Assembly (NCBI GenBank): GCA_024277595.1 | Contig: JAJRUV010000090.1 | Span: 547 to 64,546 of the forward strand | Source: Gammaproteobacteria bacterium | GTDB lineage: Bacteria > Pseudomonadota > Gammaproteobacteria > Thiohalospirales > Thiohalospiraceae | Reading direction: 5' to 3' | Length of the DNA: 64,000 nt | Part shown: one piece after another, positions 61,553 to 64,000 of the stretch | Position numbering within the stretch: position 1 is the stretch's first letter | Layout: each line of letters begins with the position of its first letter | Made by a program: the position numbers and the translations under genes | The notes under the pieces: model-generated | Databases searched by the model: none | Seen by the model: the letters and a program-made list of their open reading frames with translations, nothing else | What the model was told of the DNA's origin: nothing

Positions 61553-62341
61553 ATGCAGGCCAATTCCTTCAGCGGAGCCCTCTATCTGATCCGTGGCCTG
61601 AAATTGATCCTTCGGCCAGGGATCCGGCGCTATGTCGTAATGCCGTTAGCGATCAATGTGGTGGTTTTTTCCCTGCTTATCGGTGCCGGGGCAAGCTGGT
61701 TTCACAGCTTTGTCACCTCACTGCTGCCCGGCTTGCCTGCCTGGCTGGACTGGCTAGTATGGCCAATATGGGTGGTTTTTGTTTTCGCCATACTGCTGGT
61801 GCTGTTTTTTACCTTTTCCCTGGTCGCCAACCTTATCGCCGCCCCCTTCAACAGCCTGCTGGCGGAAGCTGTGGAACGGGAACTGCGCGGTGAAGACCCC
61901 CTGTCAGGAACCAGTCTCTGGCAACTGCTTCGCGAAACACCGGCAATTATTTTTTCCCAGCTGATGAAGATGAGTTACACCCTGCTGCGGGCAGTTCCAC
62001 TGTTAATCCTGTTCATTATTCCTGGCATCAATATCATTGCGCCCTTTTTATGGCTCATCTTTGGCGCCTGGATGCTGGCCCTGGAGTATCTGGACTATCC
62101 CATGGGAAATCACGGCCTGTTATTCCCGCAGCAGCGCCGCCGGGCGCGAAAACATCGCTGGCTGGTACTCGGCTTTGGCGGAGCAACAACCGCACTGACC
62201 ATGATACCCATCGTCAATTTCCTGGTAATGCCCGCAGCCGTTGCGGGAGCTACCTCTTTGTGGGTGGAACAATTCGGGGACAATAACTCACCAGACAACG
62301 CAGCAAAAACAACCAAACAGCCCTCTCTAATAACTCCATAA
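61553..62341 (+). CDS. cysZ: Sulfate transporter CysZ
   Basis: 262 aa. FSGALYLIRGLKLILRPGIRRYVVMPLAINV, typical CysZ N-terminus, 4+ TM helices. Confidence 0.88.
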   Translation: MQANSFSGALYLIRGLKLILRPGIRRYVVMPLAINVVVFSLLIGAGASWFHSFVTSLLPGLPAWLDWLVWPIWVVFVFAILLVLFFTFSLVANLIAAPFNSLLAEAVERELRGEDPLSGTSLWQLLRETPAIIFSQLMKMSYTLLRAVPLLILFIIPGINIIAPFLWLIFGAWMLALEYLDYPMGNHGLLFPQQRRRARKHRWLVLGFGGATTALTMIPIVNFLVMPAAVAGATSLWVEQFGDNNSPDNAAKTTKQPSLITP

Positions 62342-63493
62342 CCGGCTCAGGCTGAAAGGCAGAGAACCAGGAGAGGGGTGTACATCCTTGATAGCAAATT
62401 GCTCCTTCTCGCCGGAATCCCGATGCCGCGGCCGTGCATAGTGCTCACCCTTGCTGTTGGCAATGCAGGCCAGCATCGGTCCGCCCAGCTCCCCCTTGCG
62501 CCGGATAACAACCGCTTTTTCACTATTTGCCAGTTGTACAATCGAACCCGGAGGGTAGATACCCAGTTCCTTGATAAACATTTGGGCCAGGCTGCTGCCC
62601 ACCTCCTGCCCGATATCCAGAAATATCCTGCGCAAAGCATTCTTGACCAGCATCCCGTTGCGGTAAGAGCGACCGGTCACCATAGCATGGTATCTGTCGG
62701 CCAGTCCGAGCAGACGGGCTCCCGGCAGTACCTCTTCTCCCTTTGCCCCGGCAGGATAGCCCCGGCCATTGATACACTCATGATGCTGTATTACAACCTG
62801 CAACCATAGTGGATCAGATACCCCGGCACCAAGCAGCATCTCATACCCTCGCCGGGGATGCGCCTGGATCGCATCCCACTGCACATCATTCAGCGGCTCC
62901 GCCTGTTCCACCAGCTCCGCCTGTAGCTCGGTCATAGCCACATTGCAACTCAGCGCTGCGGAGATAATGCTGAGGCGAGTCAAACGGGGCCAGTTCAATC
63001 GCCGCGCAACCTGTTCACATAGCAGCGCCGTATGAATGCTGTGACGAAAAGGGTATGGGGTGTCATGTTTCAGATGAGCTGCGCCCAGCGAGGCATCAGC
63101 ATCATAATCACAAAGCGCCTGAATAGCCCGCCCCAGCTTGCGGATACGCTGCTGCGGCGCAATATCGACACCCTGCTGGCGGATTGTGCCAAGAACGCCT
63201 TCCAGACGCAGGGTCAACTGTTCAATAGTGACAAAGGGGTTGCCGCCAACCTCAGACAAACCATCAGCTGCCGCACTGCCTGCTTCCGGAGATAAACTGG
63301 CGGCAGATCGCAATCCCTCTTTCAGCAACCGCCGCCGCTGACGCTCGTTGACGACAATATAACCTTTGCTGAGCAGTAGCTGTCCACTATCATCGTAAAC
63401 ATCCCACAATAGCGGCCGACCGGCCGCTATTTCCCCCTGCCGAACCCGGGTTCGGTCATCCTGGTGATCTGTTTGATCATCTGTAGCACCCAT
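62327..63493 (-). CDS. HD-GYP domain c-di-GMP phosphodiesterase-type protein
   Basis: HHECINGRGYP motif in the C-terminal HD-GYP domain. N-terminal domain unassigned. Confidence 0.85.
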   Translation of the reverse strand: MGATDDQTDHQDDRTRVRQGEIAAGRPLLWDVYDDSGQLLLSKGYIVVNERQRRRLLKEGLRSAASLSPEAGSAAADGLSEVGGNPFVTIEQLTLRLEGVLGTIRQQGVDIAPQQRIRKLGRAIQALCDYDADASLGAAHLKHDTPYPFRHSIHTALLCEQVARRLNWPRLTRLSIISAALSCNVAMTELQAELVEQAEPLNDVQWDAIQAHPRRGYEMLLGAGVSDPLWLQVVIQHHECINGRGYPAGAKGEEVLPGARLLGLADRYHAMVTGRSYRNGMLVKNALRRIFLDIGQEVGSSLAQMFIKELGIYPPGSIVQLANSEKAVVIRRKGELGGPMLACIANSKGEHYARPRHRDSGEKEQFAIKDVHPSPGSLPFSLSRLWSY

Positions 63494-63515
63494 GGCAGTC
63501 AGGGCTGGTACTCCA

Positions 63516-64000
63516 TCAAGAGGATAACAACCGCCTCATCAAGGCTACATCAAGGTAACTGGCATCACCCGCATTGCCTGATAAAACAGAAAATGGCTGG
63601 CCAGGCTCGCCTATCTGATCAACCACCAGAGCCGCCCCGGAGAAATCATCATCCCGCGTAAAGCCGTTGACGGTTACAATGGTTTTTATCCCCGCAGCCA
63701 GGGAGGACCGGACTCCGTTCACTGAGTCCTCCAGCGCCAAACACTGCTCCGGCTCCAGTTTCATCTGCTCCAGCACGTAGTCGTAAATGTCAGGAGCAGG
63801 CTTTTTGGCAGGAACAACATCACCCGCTCCAATAACTTCAAACCATGATTCTGCCGCCGGATCGAGCGCATAGTGCAACAGGGCTGATACGTTCTCCGGG
63901 CTTGTGGTTGTGGCAATTGCCAGCCGCAATCCCTCAGCCCGCGCCTGCTGCAGCAACTGTTTTACTCCAGGCCGCAACGGAATCGCGCCCTCAGACAGCA
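63516..64000 (-). CDS. HAD-superfamily hydrolase, CbbY-like (5' end beyond window)
   Basis: RLAIATTTSPENV, GDVVPAKKPAPDIY and ALEDSVNG motifs of HAD subfamily IA. The reading frame stays open to the window edge. Confidence 0.8.
   Translation of the reverse strand, partial: LSEGAIPLRPGVKQLLQQARAEGLRLAIATTTSPENVSALLHYALDPAAESWFEVIGAGDVVPAKKPAPDIYDYVLEQMKLEPEQCLALEDSVNGVRSSLAAGIKTIVTVNGFTRDDDFSGAALVVDQIGEPGQPFSVLSGNAGDASYLDVALMRRLLSS

Overview
This is a 64-kb chromosomal segment. Gene content and order suggest a gammaproteobacterium, possibly a microaerobic or chemoautotroph-like lineage, but taxonomy cannot be proven from the sequence alone. I support about 60 protein-coding genes. They are tightly packed, with many ATGA/GTGA start-stop overlaps. 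I found no rRNA, tRNA or CRISPR array.

Main gene blocks, in order:
- c-di-GMP and cNMP signalling genes, spread across the window: REC-PAS-GGDEF-EAL, a class III cyclase, a GGDEF protein, CHASE-PAS-GGDEF-EAL and an HD-GYP protein.
- htpX and an asparagine-synthase-like gene.
- An envelope cluster of unknown function: a lipoprotein plus DUF1501, converging on tlpA-DUF4266-DUF3570-apbE.
- typA-dtd and mutY-yggX.
- A small set of uncharacterised membrane proteins plus a pRiA4b-ORF3-like gene.
- A heat-shock node: rpoH, hsp20 and degP.
- tcdA and the complete cbb3 oxidase system (ccoNOQP and ccoGHIS).
- A biotin operon with an embedded nnrS (bioB-nnrS-bioF-bioH-bioC-bioD).
- comF and an M48 protease.
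- A tightly overlapping chain queF-FGGY kinase-ABM-modABC.
- smc-zipA-ligA, then cysZ and a partial HAD hydrolase.

The strongest signal not explained by genes is a family of nested-palindromic miniature inverted-repeat elements (MITEs):
- There are 10 insertion events at 9 intergenic loci.
- The terminal inverted repeats are GTAACTATTCAGC...GCTGAATAGTTAC.
- Three copies have perfect 8-bp target-site duplications.
- One copy is inserted into an older copy.
- Deletion and mini derivatives are also present.

Other notable points:
- A perfect CIRCE (HrcA) operator lies in the rpoH leader.
- A sigma32-type promoter lies upstream of hsp20.
- ligA carries an in-frame TAG codon and a non-canonical motif III.
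- A BirA-type operator lies upstream of bioB.
- A 37-aa single-TM ORF follows ccoP and is bracketed by hairpins.
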